A stretch of DNA of 64,000 nt from an uncultured Chloroflexia bacterium (lineage in GTDB: Bacteria > Chloroflexota > Limnocylindria > Limnocylindrales > CSP1-4), in NCBI GenBank assembly GCA_963712745.1, contig CAVQJC010000002.1:32001-96000 (forward strand). The letters are read 5' to 3'. A program made the translations under genes and the position numbers. The notes beneath the pieces were generated by a model. That model had not been told where the DNA came from. It worked only from the letters and a program-made list of their open reading frames with translations, and made no database searches. Position 1 is the stretch's first letter. Every line of letters begins with the position of its first letter. Below are positions 46,391 through 56,157 of the stretch, piece after piece.

Positions 46391-47653
46391 ATGCGTACGA
46401 TGGAGCCACCTGGAGCTGACAGGCTCCGGGCTGCCGCGGCCTATGTCGCGCGCGAGAGTTGCCCCATGCTGGCCTGCCTCCTCGTGCCGGCGGCCATCGT
46501 CCTCGCCATCGCCCTGCAGGGCGCCACACCGGCCGAGCCAGCCGAGCCAGCTGCCATCTCGCGTCCGGGGCCGTACGCCGACTTCCGCTTCGAGCAGGTG
46601 GGTGTTGGCGTCAGGCGGCTGATCGACGACGGGGTCGGGCATCGACCCGGGGACTGGAGCCTGTTCCGCGGGACCCAGGCCGATCTGGTCGCGGTCGAGC
46701 CCAACGGTTCGGTGCTCACGTGCTGCGACCGGCCCAACGTTCTCATCGAGGCGCGGGACGAGGCCGAGATCCATCGCCTTGGCGACCCCGAGCCTGCCGC
46801 GGCCTGGAGTTTCCCCAAAGTCGGCATCGGCGACATCGCCGACATGACCGTAGCTGACGACGGAACGCTGTGGGTCGTCGGCGCGGGCGTCGCGTCCGTC
46901 GTCGATGACGAGTGGAACCGGCTTCATCGCAATACCGATAGCGGACTCGTGGTGGCCGGAGCTGACGGCACGGTCTGGGCAGAGGTCTCTGGCAAGTCGC
47001 TGGGCGTCCTGCGCGTCCGTGGCGAGCACGACCGGAAGTTCTCGCCACGGGCCGGCCTGCCCAAGGCGACCCTGACTTGGGGTTCCCGCGTCACGGGCAT
47101 CGCTGCCACGCCCAACGGCGAAGCGTGGGTCGGGGTGAGCGCTGGTCGCGACAATCCCGGCGGCCTGCTCCGCTTCGACGGCAAGCGGTGGAAGATCATC
47201 CGGCCGCTTGGCCGCGGCGTCGCGGCCCGCGTCTACGGCGTTGCGTCAGCGCCCGACGGGACCGTGTGGGTCTACCTCAGTGCAGACGCACGCAAGGACA
47301 CCGTGTCGAAGCTGCCTTCCGCCCACCTGGCCCGCTTCGACGGTGAGGGCTGGACGGTGTTCGACGAGGAGGACGGGGTACCCCCGCTGCGACGCAGGTT
47401 CATCAACTCGGATATCGGCGTGCCGATGCGGGCAGGAGCAGACGGGACGTTGTGGCTGGCGCCACCGATCGGCCACGGATGCAGCCGGCTGATGCGTTTC
47501 GCCAGCGCAGGCACGACCGCATATCTCGGGGAGTCCTCGTGCGTCCGCGATCTCGAGCTCGACACCGATGGCCGAGCCTGGGTCTCGGTCGTCGAATGGA
47601 CCGAGTCGAGCGGGAGCACGTGGCGGGCCGCCCTCTACCTCATCGAACCCTGA
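46391..47653 (+). CDS. Exported beta-propeller protein (two-component-regulator-propeller-like repeats)
   Basis: Repeated DGTLWV/DGTVWA/NGEAWV blades and RFDG..W motifs. Confidence 0.65.
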   Translation: MRTMEPPGADRLRAAAAYVARESCPMLACLLVPAAIVLAIALQGATPAEPAEPAAISRPGPYADFRFEQVGVGVRRLIDDGVGHRPGDWSLFRGTQADLVAVEPNGSVLTCCDRPNVLIEARDEAEIHRLGDPEPAAAWSFPKVGIGDIADMTVADDGTLWVVGAGVASVVDDEWNRLHRNTDSGLVVAGADGTVWAEVSGKSLGVLRVRGEHDRKFSPRAGLPKATLTWGSRVTGIAATPNGEAWVGVSAGRDNPGGLLRFDGKRWKIIRPLGRGVAARVYGVASAPDGTVWVYLSADARKDTVSKLPSAHLARFDGEGWTVFDEEDGVPPLRRRFINSDIGVPMRAGADGTLWLAPPIGHGCSRLMRFASAGTTAYLGESSCVRDLELDTDGRAWVSVVEWTESSGSTWRAALYLIEP

Positions 47654-47686
47654 CACCGCCTGTCTGGCGCGGCACGCTGCGAGATG

Positions 47687-47948
47687 CCGGGCGGTCGGGC
47701 ATCGGGAGCCGGCCGTGTTCCCGTCCAACGGGACAACGCAACGCGGACCCGGGCGGTCGGGCACCGGGAGCCCGCCGTGTTCCCGTCCAGCGGGACAACG
47801 CAACGCGGACCCGGGCGGTCGGGCACCGGGAGCCCGCCGTGTTCCCGTTCAGCGGGACAACGCAACGCGGACCCGGGCGGTCGGGCACCGGGAGCCCGCC
47901 GTGTTCCCGTTCAGCGGGACAACGCAACGCGGACCCGGGCGGTCGGGC
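47687..47948. repeat. Tandem array of 4.2 x 62-bp units, each carrying a CCCG-N5-CGGG palindrome
   Basis: Units start at 47687, 47749, 47811 and 47873, with a partial unit at 47935; no unique spacers. Confidence 0.92.
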
Positions 47949-48015
47949 CCCTCCCTTCGCGTTGAACGGGAAGCCGTGTCACCGCGTCCCGCTCAGCGGC
48001 AAATAAGGTGCACCT

Positions 48016-48187
48016 CAGGCGCAGGGCGCGCCAGGTGCGGGCGCTGCACGCGTCGAGTTGTCCCGTTCAGCGGGAGGCAGCCAAGCTTACGAGCGCTCCA
48101 GGCGCAGGGCGCGCCAGGTGCGGGCGCTGCACGCGTCGAGTTGTCCCGTTCAGCGGGAGGCAGCCAAGCTTACGAGCGCTCCAGGCG
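48016..48187. repeat. Two identical 83-bp units with the same TCCCGTTCAGCGGGA core
   Basis: Units start at 48016 and 48099. Confidence 0.92.
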
Positions 48188-48237
48188 GAGCCCCGCACCG
48201 TCACTGCGCGTCGATGGCGCTGCGGCCGCTTCCTGAC

Positions 48238-48495
48238 CTATCCGGCGGCGGCAGCCTCTCCCGCGTCGAGCGAGGCAGTCATCTCGCCGTCGATGAAATC
48301 GAGGTCACCGGTGATGACCTTCTCGACCTCTTCGATGGTCGACACCTTGGGGTCGATGTCATCGGCCACGACCTGGCCTCGGCGCAGCACGATGATGCGG
48401 TCGACCACCTGGAAGACGTGGTGGATGTTGTGGGCGATGAAGATGCAGGAGTGGCCGGAGTCGCGCGCGTTGCGCACGAACTTCAACACACCGTT
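48238..48495 (-). pseudogene. C-terminal fragment of a sugar ABC transporter ATP-binding protein
   Basis: GVLKFVRNARDSGHSCIFIAHNIHHVFQVVDRIIVLRRG (H-loop); Walker A and B are missing. Confidence 0.85.
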
Positions 48496-48748
48496 CAAGG
48501 AGGCCACACAAGGGCGCACCACCGTGCTCGGCGTGGTCGATCCGTCGGAGGTCATCGCGCGCGGCACTCCCGAGGCCGTGGCTGAGGCCGTGCGCGAGGA
48601 ACTCGAGGTGCTGGCACCGGGTGGCGGTCTCATCATCGGCCCCGGCTGTGCGCTCCCGCCGGAGACCCCGGCCGAGAACATGCACGCCTTCGTGGAGGCG
48701 GCGCAGCGACACGGCCGCTACGCACCCGACGGCAGCCTCGCGAGCTGA
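48491..48748 (+). pseudogene. C-terminal fragment of a URO-D-like protein
   Basis: FKEATQGRTTVLGVVDPSEVIARGTPE...GGGLIIGPGCALPPETPAENMHAF; N-terminal part is missing. Confidence 0.85.
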
Positions 48749-48799
48749 GGGTCGGCCGTCGGCGCGTGGGTCGGCCGGTTGGCGCGTGGGTCGGCCGGT

Positions 48800-49150
48800 T
48801 CAGTCGACCGGGTCGAGGCGGAAGATCGGTCCGGCCACGGCCTTGTCCGCGCTGGTGAAGGGCGGTGCCAGGCTCCTGGCCGCCGCCAGACGCTCGTCGT
48901 CCTCGAGCTCGGTGGCGCTGAACTCGGCCGTCGCTCCCTTCACCGTCAGCTTGCAGCGTCCGGCAGCACGCAGGTTCCTGGCCCACTGGTGCGACTCATC
49001 CCCGGCGACCACGTAGTAGCCACCTCCGGGCGCGGACTTCTTGTTGACGATCGCCGTGCGCTCGAGGCCGCTCTTGCGGCCGACCACCGTGATCTGGGCG
49101 AGCATCCCGAGGCGAAGCATCGCGCTGGCCATCCACCCGGGCATCTCCAT
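48800..49150 (-). CDS. Deazaflavin (F420)-dependent nitroreductase family protein (DUF385-like)
   Basis: ITVVGRKSGLER, QWARNLRAAG, PIFRLDP. Confidence 0.78.
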   Translation of the reverse strand: MEMPGWMASAMLRLGMLAQITVVGRKSGLERTAIVNKKSAPGGGYYVVAGDESHQWARNLRAAGRCKLTVKGATAEFSATELEDDERLAAARSLAPPFTSADKAVAGPIFRLDPVD

Positions 49151-49232
49151 CTCGTCTCGTCCCCTCGTGCCTGCATCGGATCGGTGACCTGACGCTAGCA
49201 CCAAGGCCCGGCTGAGGCCGTAGAGTCGGGCC

Positions 49233-50207
49233 ATGCCCACGCGAGTGATGGTCATCGGCCGCCAGGCAGGTCTGCCGCCCGCAGGTCTGCCCGAGACGCG
49301 TACGGGCGTCGAGTACGTCATGGCCGACACCATGGATCAGGTCCGGGCTGGTCTGGCCGACTGCGACGTGGTCTTCCATTACGGGCACCCACGAGATGCG
49401 CTCTCGGCCAACTGGGAGCTGGCCGGCCGATTGCGCTGGCTGCACATCGGCGGCGTGGGCATCGACTGGGCCCTGTTCCCCGAGCTGATCGAGAGCGATG
49501 TCGTGCTGACCAACAGCCGCGGCGTCTTCGACGTGACGCTGCCGGAGTACCTGCTGACGCTGATGCTGGCGCTGGTCAAGGACCTGCCGGCCACCCTCGC
49601 AGCCCAGGGTCGCCACCAGTGGCAGCACCGGTTGCTCGAACCCCTTGCTGGCGGTCGCGCGGTCATCGTGGGCGCAGGATCGATCGCTCGTGCCGCCGGT
49701 CGGCTGCTGCGCTCGATGGGGCTTGGGGTGACGCTGGTCGGGCGCAGCGAGCGTGACGGTGATCCCGGCGAGGGTCGCGTCCGCGCTGTCGCCGACCTCC
49801 ACGAGCTGCTGCGGTCGGCCGACTGGCTCATCGTAGTGGCGCCGCTGACGCCGGAGACGAGAGGCTTCATCGGTGCGGCCGAGCTGGCGCAGCTGCCGCG
49901 CGGTGCCCGCTTCGTCAACATCGGCCGCGGCCCCACGGTCGTGCAGGACGACCTCATCGAGGCGCTGCGCTCTGGAGCGCTGGCCGGCGCCGCGCTCGAC
50001 GTCTTCGAGGAGGAGCCCCTGCCCGCGGCCAGCCCACTATGGGACATGCCCAACGTCATCGTCTCCCCGCACATCGGGGGCGACGAAGCCAGCACCCCGC
50101 TCGCCTTCGGAGAGGCCTTTCTGGCCAACCTCGAGCGCTACCTGGCCGGCCAGCCGCTGGCCAACGTGGTCGACAAGCACCTCGGCTTCGTCCCGGGCGA
50201 GCGTTAG
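49233..50207 (+). CDS. D-2-hydroxyacid dehydrogenase
   Basis: LTNSRG, GAGSIA, PLTPET, NIGRG, LDVFEEEPL, SPHIGG. Confidence 0.92.
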   Translation: MPTRVMVIGRQAGLPPAGLPETRTGVEYVMADTMDQVRAGLADCDVVFHYGHPRDALSANWELAGRLRWLHIGGVGIDWALFPELIESDVVLTNSRGVFDVTLPEYLLTLMLALVKDLPATLAAQGRHQWQHRLLEPLAGGRAVIVGAGSIARAAGRLLRSMGLGVTLVGRSERDGDPGEGRVRAVADLHELLRSADWLIVVAPLTPETRGFIGAAELAQLPRGARFVNIGRGPTVVQDDLIEALRSGALAGAALDVFEEEPLPAASPLWDMPNVIVSPHIGGDEASTPLAFGEAFLANLERYLAGQPLANVVDKHLGFVPGER

Positions 50208-51868
50208 GTCCGCGCTGGGCTCGCCACCACCATCAGCCAGCGACGAAATGGTGGCAGGCGCCAGGCGCCACCGTCCCGCGACAACGGCCGCACATCACCG
50301 TCGGAGCTCCAGGGACTGGCAGCCACGGGCGAGGCCGCACCGGGCCAGACGACCCGAAGATCCTCGGCTTCCAGTGCCGGCCGCTTCGGTGCGTCCCAGT
50401 ACAGGTCGGCCTGTTCGCGCAGGTCCACCAGGTGAAGCATCAGCTGGCCAGCCGCCACGCGCGCGGCCCGAGCCCACACCATGCCCGGCTCGGGAATGGC
50501 CGACCAGCGCACGTCGCGCCCGTCGGCGTCCTGGAGGCGAAGATCCGGAACCTCGGCTGGCGCCAGGCCCGGATCCGAGAGCAGATGCACGTATCGCGCG
50601 CTGAAGCGCCATAGCGCCTGCAACTCGACGGCCTCGGCGGGCGTCATGGCCACGGCCGCCGGGTAGTAGCCCTCGACCAGGAGACGGTCGCCTTCAGCGA
50701 GCGTGTGGTGGTAGGCGCCCGCGGCGGCGATGACCGAGCCCAGCAGCACCGTGGGTTCGAACGCGGACGCACGATCGTCCACGGCGTCGCCGTCCCTGAG
50801 CGCGGCGGCATAGGCAGCGATGATGACCTGCCGGTCGCCGGCGAGGGCGCGGGCCCGGTCGATCCAGCCGACGACATCGCCCAGGGCGCGATCGGGCGGC
50901 CAAAGCTCGAGGTAGAGCGCGGCGGCCGGGGCCGGCGCCACCGACTCGAGCGGAAAGCCGTCGACGCAGTTGAACAGCACCCGTGCAGCCGGGTCGGCAT
51001 GGGCCACGACCGCGGCAGCCTCCTCGATGAGCCCGGGATAGAGCTCGGCGAAGTCGATGGCCTCGCCGTCGGCGGAGACGGCTCGGTGCGGCGGACCGTA
51101 GGTGTCCATGTGGATGCCATCGAAACCGAAGCGGCCGATCGCATCGCTGTACTCGGCGAGGATGCGAGTTCGCCAGGGGCTGCCCGGGCGGATGTCGTTG
51201 ATGAAGAAGGTGCCGCCCAGGCTCAGGGACTCGCCCGCGTCGTCGAACACACGTTCATCGGGGTGGTCTTCGACGTACTCAGGCTCGGCGCCGTAGACGG
51301 AGCCGTAGGCCAGCGAGGCGATGCCGTATTCGCGACCTGTCTCAACGGAGGCATGAACGGCATCATGCGAGACGAAGCGGCCCAGAGCATCGGCGAACTC
51401 CCTCGCTCCGTCGGGCGGGCTGTAGCGATAGTGCCGCCACATCCAGTCGTAGTGCTGGACGACGTTGACATGCCAGTCACGCAGCGCATGGGCCGCACGG
51501 CTGCTGGCGTCGGCATCGGCGTAGTCGGTGACCGCGGCATGACGTGGGGACTGCCACCAGCCCTCCAGCGCCTCCACCGCGGAGGTCGCCTCGGCGATGG
51601 CGGTCCCAGCATGGAGCACGAGTCGAAGCCCGTAGCCATGTCGGGACGCAGCGGGCAGATCCAGGGCGAGGTCGTGGGTCGTCGTGCCCACACCCAGTTC
51701 GAGCGCGCCTCGGACCACGGCTGCCTCGCGATCGAGATCCAGGAGCGTCAGGCTCGCCGACGCTGCAACCGCTTCTTCCGAAGTCACCGAGAACTCGACG
51801 GTGATGGACTCGCCTGGTCGGCCCCAGGCCCTCGCAGGCCGGATCGATCCGACAGTACAGAGCGTCAC
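50204..51868 (-). CDS. GH66 family glycoside hydrolase (dextranase/CITase-like), no signal peptide
   Basis: PRHA, QHYDWMWRH, FGFDGIHMDTYG, LYLELW, IAAY, AAGAYH. Confidence 0.85.
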   Translation of the reverse strand: MTLCTVGSIRPARAWGRPGESITVEFSVTSEEAVAASASLTLLDLDREAAVVRGALELGVGTTTHDLALDLPAASRHGYGLRLVLHAGTAIAEATSAVEALEGWWQSPRHAAVTDYADADASSRAAHALRDWHVNVVQHYDWMWRHYRYSPPDGAREFADALGRFVSHDAVHASVETGREYGIASLAYGSVYGAEPEYVEDHPDERVFDDAGESLSLGGTFFINDIRPGSPWRTRILAEYSDAIGRFGFDGIHMDTYGPPHRAVSADGEAIDFAELYPGLIEEAAAVVAHADPAARVLFNCVDGFPLESVAPAPAAALYLELWPPDRALGDVVGWIDRARALAGDRQVIIAAYAAALRDGDAVDDRASAFEPTVLLGSVIAAAGAYHHTLAEGDRLLVEGYYPAAVAMTPAEAVELQALWRFSARYVHLLSDPGLAPAEVPDLRLQDADGRDVRWSAIPEPGMVWARAARVAAGQLMLHLVDLREQADLYWDAPKRPALEAEDLRVVWPGAASPVAASPWSSDGDVRPLSRDGGAWRLPPFRRWLMVVASPART

Positions 51869-52998
51869 GCTGGCTCGGCCACGAGCTCAGAGCGGGCAGC
51901 CAGCTCCGCCCGCAGCGACAGGTACGCGGCGTGCGACCACAAGAGCGGGCGTGCCGACTCACCCCAGAGCTCGCGCCACTCGTCGATGCGGTCCGGGGCG
52001 AGAGCATGGCTGGCTACCTGTTCAGGCAGTCGCCCGTGCGCATCGGCCTGTGCCTCGATCCAGCGCAGCGCCGCCGTCGCGGCCTCGAGGTCACCGGGCT
52101 GACCCCGCCTCAGGAGCACTCGTCCGTAGGCCGAAGTGAGCACCGGCCAGGCTCCGCCACCGTAGTACGTATCGGAGAGGTACCGGTGTACGCCGGGCCC
52201 ATCGCTGACGATCTCAACGTCGATGCGCTGCAACGTGGCTGCGAAGCGCGGCTCCGTCGCGAGCACCGAGTCGTAGGGGGCCGCCATCCACAGCAAGCTG
52301 CCGTCCACCTCGCTGTTGCCGACCCACTTGGTGAAGGCGCCATCGACCACCGACATCCGGCCCTCGATCTCGTCACGCAAGCGCCTGATGGCCGGGGCCG
52401 CCGAGAGGGAAGGCTCGATCGAGACGGCCGCCTCGATGCCCGCGCGGATGGCGGCCAGGGTGCTGGTATGGACGTGCTCGGGGAACTCCTCCCAGGCATC
52501 GGCACAGGGCACCATCCAGAGGTCTCCCAGGTAGCCGGCCGTGATGACGACCGCTTCGCGCAGCTCGGTGTCCAGATGCCCGCCGTGACGGAGATGGTGG
52601 GCCAGGCTCCAGAGCCAGATGCCGGGCCCGTCGAGCTGGAAATTCGGCCAGTCGGTAGTGTCATCCGCCGGCTGGCCGTCAGCGTCGTAGCGGCAGTGCA
52701 GATAGTCGGCCGCGTCCGGGATCCGTCCTGCCTGTGCCGCCGCCCGAGCGCGAGCGAGACCGGGCGCCGTGGAGATCACTACCCGGGCCACCCACTGGTG
52801 GAACCGTGCGGCCCATTCGAGACGACCGACATGGTCCAGCGCCTCGGCGATGAACGAGCCATCGCGGAACCACGAGTAGCCGTACTGGCTGAAGGTCGGT
52901 CCGGCCAGGAACGCCCCGCTCGAGGCCTGGCTCGAGCCGATGACCTCGAGGCTGGCGGCTACGAGGTCGCGGCCGGAAGACGTGCCTGGTCCTGTCAT
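51865..52998 (-). CDS. GH15 protein, isomaltose glucohydrolase-like
   Basis: GAFLAGPTFSQYGYSWFRDGSF, FQLDG, DAWEE, VDGSL, YYGGGAW, LPEQV, PLLWSHA; short single-domain GH15. Confidence 0.88.
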   Translation of the reverse strand: MTGPGTSSGRDLVAASLEVIGSSQASSGAFLAGPTFSQYGYSWFRDGSFIAEALDHVGRLEWAARFHQWVARVVISTAPGLARARAAAQAGRIPDAADYLHCRYDADGQPADDTTDWPNFQLDGPGIWLWSLAHHLRHGGHLDTELREAVVITAGYLGDLWMVPCADAWEEFPEHVHTSTLAAIRAGIEAAVSIEPSLSAAPAIRRLRDEIEGRMSVVDGAFTKWVGNSEVDGSLLWMAAPYDSVLATEPRFAATLQRIDVEIVSDGPGVHRYLSDTYYGGGAWPVLTSAYGRVLLRRGQPGDLEAATAALRWIEAQADAHGRLPEQVASHALAPDRIDEWRELWGESARPLLWSHAAYLSLRAELAARSELVAEPA

Positions 52999-53002
52999 GT
53001 CG

Positions 53003-53845
53003 TCACCCCTTGGTCGCGCCCACGAAGGCACCGCTGACGAACTGCCGCTGGAGCGCGATGAACAGGACCAGCACCGGCGCGAGGGCGATGAGCGAGGCGG
53101 CGAAGACGAGGCCCCACTCGGTCGACTGTGCGCGCTGCAGCATGCGGATACCGATGGGCAGCGTATACAACTCCCGGTCGGCAAGGATCGTGATGGCCCA
53201 CGTGAACTCGTCCCAGGCCGCCAGCCAGCTGAAGATGGTCACTGTGGCGAGGCCCGGTTTCGACAGCGGCAGGGCGATAGAGCGGAATGCCCGCCACGGC
53301 CCGGCTCCGTCGACCGACGCGGAGTCGAAGAGCGCCTGGGGCATGGCCGCATAGAAGCCACGGAGCAGGAACGTGTTGAGCCCGAGGTTCATGACCGAGT
53401 AGACCACGATGAGCCCCCAGAGGCTGTTGAGCAGCCCGAGGTCGCGCGCGAGCATGAACTGCGGGATGAGCAGGAGCATGCCCGGCACCATCATCGTGAA
53501 CAGCAGCGCGCCGAAGAGCAGTCGGCTGCCCGCGAAGCGATAGCGAGCGAAAGCGAAGCCCAGCATCGCCGCAAGCGAGACCGAGATGGCTGTGCTGGTG
53601 ACAGTCACGACCACACTGTTGACGAAGAAGCGGGCGAAGTCCCCGCTGTTCCAGGCGCGCGCGAAGTTGTCGAGCGTCGGCTCCTGGGGGATGAGTTGTG
53701 GCGGGATCTCCAGCACGTAGGCATGGGGTTTGAAGGCAGTGCTCACCATCAGCACGAAGGGCGCGATCATGAGCAGGCCGAAGGCCAGGGCCAGGCTGAA
53801 CGAGACCCAGCGCTGCAGCCGGGCTCGCCGGTATCCGCCGATCAT
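53003..53845 (-). CDS. Carbohydrate ABC transporter permease (MalG-like)
   Basis: NSVVVT, EAA-like loop DSASVDGAG, WDEFTW. Confidence 0.93.
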   Translation of the reverse strand: MIGGYRRARLQRWVSFSLALAFGLLMIAPFVLMVSTAFKPHAYVLEIPPQLIPQEPTLDNFARAWNSGDFARFFVNSVVVTVTSTAISVSLAAMLGFAFARYRFAGSRLLFGALLFTMMVPGMLLLIPQFMLARDLGLLNSLWGLIVVYSVMNLGLNTFLLRGFYAAMPQALFDSASVDGAGPWRAFRSIALPLSKPGLATVTIFSWLAAWDEFTWAITILADRELYTLPIGIRMLQRAQSTEWGLVFAASLIALAPVLVLFIALQRQFVSGAFVGATKG

Positions 53846-54822
53846 GTCTGCTCCTGCTGGCGGGCGAAGCGGAACTCGACGACGCTGATGGCGGCTACCA
53901 CTGCAGCGATCATGAACGAGAGCGCCGCACCGTAAGCCAGGTCGATCTCCTGGAAGGCCTGCTTCCAGGTGTAGGTGAGCACGACCTCCGTGCTGTTCAG
54001 GGGCCCGCCCAGCTGACCGACCGCGGCGGTCGACATGACGAAGATGCTGATGAAGGCGCTGAAACCACCGATAGTCAGCACGATCAGCAGGAATGTGGTC
54101 GTCGCGCGCAGGAAGGGGATGGTCACGTTGCGGAAGCGGGCCCAGGTGCCGGCGCCGTCGATGGCGGCCGCCTCGTGCAGCTCATGCGGTACGCCCTGCA
54201 GCCCGGCGAGGTAGACGACCATCGTCCAGCCGATGCCCTTCCACACGCCCAGGATGGCGATGGCCCACAGCGCGGTCGCCGGCTCGGCCAGCCAGGCCAC
54301 GTTCTTGTCGATGATCCCGAGCACGTCCTTGAGCAGCCAGTTCAACACGCCCGACTGGCCGTTGTAGAGCCACACGAAGATGAGCGAGACGATGACCCAG
54401 CTGGTGATCACCGGCAGGTAGTAGACCAGTCGGAAGACCGACCGCCCGTGGATCTTCTCGTTGAGCAGCAGCGCCGCACCCAGCCCGAGGACCAGCTGGC
54501 CGGCAACGGTCACGACGGTGTAGCCGACAGTAGCGCTCAGCGCTCGCCAGAACAGCGGGTCATGGAGGGCACGGACGTAGTTGTCGAGCCCGACGAAGGA
54601 GGAGTCGCCGCGCAGCTTCCAGTCGGTGAAGCTCATCACGAACGATTCCAGGACCGGGATCAGCGCCCAGGTGGCGAAGAGCAGCAGACCCGGCAGGATG
54701 AGCCCGTAGATGGGGAGCAGTCGCCGCAAACGACTGCTCCACGGTTCCACGAGCACGGTGCCCGTGGGAGGAGGGTCGGGTCGCCGCCCCAGCGTCATCA
54801 CGGAGCGGCGACTCATCCCCAT
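53842..54822 (-). CDS. Carbohydrate ABC transporter permease (MalF-like)
   Basis: FVGLDNY, YYLPVI, LAGLQGVP.ELHEAAAIDGA. Confidence 0.93.
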   Translation of the reverse strand: MGMSRRSVMTLGRRPDPPPTGTVLVEPWSSRLRRLLPIYGLILPGLLLFATWALIPVLESFVMSFTDWKLRGDSSFVGLDNYVRALHDPLFWRALSATVGYTVVTVAGQLVLGLGAALLLNEKIHGRSVFRLVYYLPVITSWVIVSLIFVWLYNGQSGVLNWLLKDVLGIIDKNVAWLAEPATALWAIAILGVWKGIGWTMVVYLAGLQGVPHELHEAAAIDGAGTWARFRNVTIPFLRATTTFLLIVLTIGGFSAFISIFVMSTAAVGQLGGPLNSTEVVLTYTWKQAFQEIDLAYGAALSFMIAAVVAAISVVEFRFARQQEQT

Positions 54823-54855
54823 ATCGGTCGAAGACTACGCGCGTGCGCTCGAGAC

Positions 54856-56139
54856 CTACTGGGCCAGCAGGCCGTCGACGATGCCGGCAGCCTCGGCGAG
54901 TGCTGCCTGGACCTCCATATCGCCACGCAGAGCCTTCAGCACGGCATTACCGATGGCCTCGTCGATCTTCGGCCACGAGGGGACAGGGGTTCGTGCGTTG
55001 CCGTTCTCAAGCTGCTCCATGAAGGTGGGGTAGTAGTCGGGCAGGTCCGGATGGCCGACGAGGCTGGAGAGCACCGGCATCTGGCCGACCTTGCCCATGG
55101 CCAGCTGGGATTCCTCGGAGAGCATGTGGCGGACAAAGGCCAGCGCGGCGTCCTTGTTCTCTGTCGTGTTGAAGACCACGATGTCCTCGCCGCCGACGAC
55201 CGACTGACTGCCAGCCGGCCCGGCGGGCACCGGGGTGAAGCTGAAGCCGAGTTCCGGGAACTGGTTGCTGAAGATGCTCGGCATCCAGGGGCCCTCCAAG
55301 ACGGTAGCGGTCTGGCCGTTCCCGAACTGGTCGGATGTGTTGGTGCCACCCCCGAGGATGCTTGGGCTCATGTAGCCCTTGTCGAGCCAGTCCTTGAGCA
55401 TCGCCACGGCCGCCACGGTGCCCTCACCATCTAGGTACCCGCTGGCCGTGGTCAGATCTGCGTCGGTGACCGACCCGCCCATGGTCCAGATCCAGGGCAG
55501 GACACTCCACGCGCCGGTGCCACCTTCGGCATAGCCGTAGACGCCCTCGCCCTGTGTCTCGGCGACGGTCGCCAGCATGGCCTCGAAGTCCTCGATGGTA
55601 GTCGGCATCTCGCTGATGCCGGCAGCTTCGAGGACGGCGTCATTGGTGAAGATGATGCGGGTGTTGGTATCAAGGGGCAGCCCGTAGTAGTGGTCACCCC
55701 ATCTGTTCGTCGAGAGTGGGCCGGGGAACACCGCCTCACTCAGTTCGGCGAAGTCGGGCATCTCCTCGTCGAGCGCGAGCAACACGTCCTGATCGGCGAA
55801 CTCCGGCACCCAGATGATGTCCGAGCGGAGGACGTCGGGGAGCACGCCACCAGCCAGACCGGTGATGAGCTTCTGGCGCAGATCGTTGTAGGGGATCTCC
55901 TGGGTCTCGACGGTGACGTTCGGGTACATCTCCTGGAACGCCGGCAAGACCTCATCGCGGAACGTGGTGATCTCGTCGCCGTCCGCGCCGTAGCCGTTCC
56001 AGAACACGACGGTGCCGCTGACGGACTCGTCTGGCGCCATCGCGTCGTCCTGGGCGAGAGCGAGGCCGCTGAAGGCCAGCGACAGAGCTGCGGGCAATGC
56101 CACGAGAGCGGTCAGCCGCTTCCGGTCGATCACATCCAT
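54856..56139 (-). CDS. Sugar ABC transporter substrate-binding protein
   Basis: Signal peptide, LPDVLRSDIIW, YGLPLDTN, EGPW, VVGGEDI. Confidence 0.93.
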   Translation of the reverse strand: MDVIDRKRLTALVALPAALSLAFSGLALAQDDAMAPDESVSGTVVFWNGYGADGDEITTFRDEVLPAFQEMYPNVTVETQEIPYNDLRQKLITGLAGGVLPDVLRSDIIWVPEFADQDVLLALDEEMPDFAELSEAVFPGPLSTNRWGDHYYGLPLDTNTRIIFTNDAVLEAAGISEMPTTIEDFEAMLATVAETQGEGVYGYAEGGTGAWSVLPWIWTMGGSVTDADLTTASGYLDGEGTVAAVAMLKDWLDKGYMSPSILGGGTNTSDQFGNGQTATVLEGPWMPSIFSNQFPELGFSFTPVPAGPAGSQSVVGGEDIVVFNTTENKDAALAFVRHMLSEESQLAMGKVGQMPVLSSLVGHPDLPDYYPTFMEQLENGNARTPVPSWPKIDEAIGNAVLKALRGDMEVQAALAEAAGIVDGLLAQ

Positions 56140-56157
56140 GGTGTTCTCCTCCTTGGC

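Noticed and set aside
47687-48187. CRISPR array
   Set aside because: Units are near-identical along their whole length with no unique spacers, and there are no cas genes in the window.
48761-48800. 20-bp direct duplication between convergent genes
   Set aside because: Only two copies; most simply a slippage duplication.
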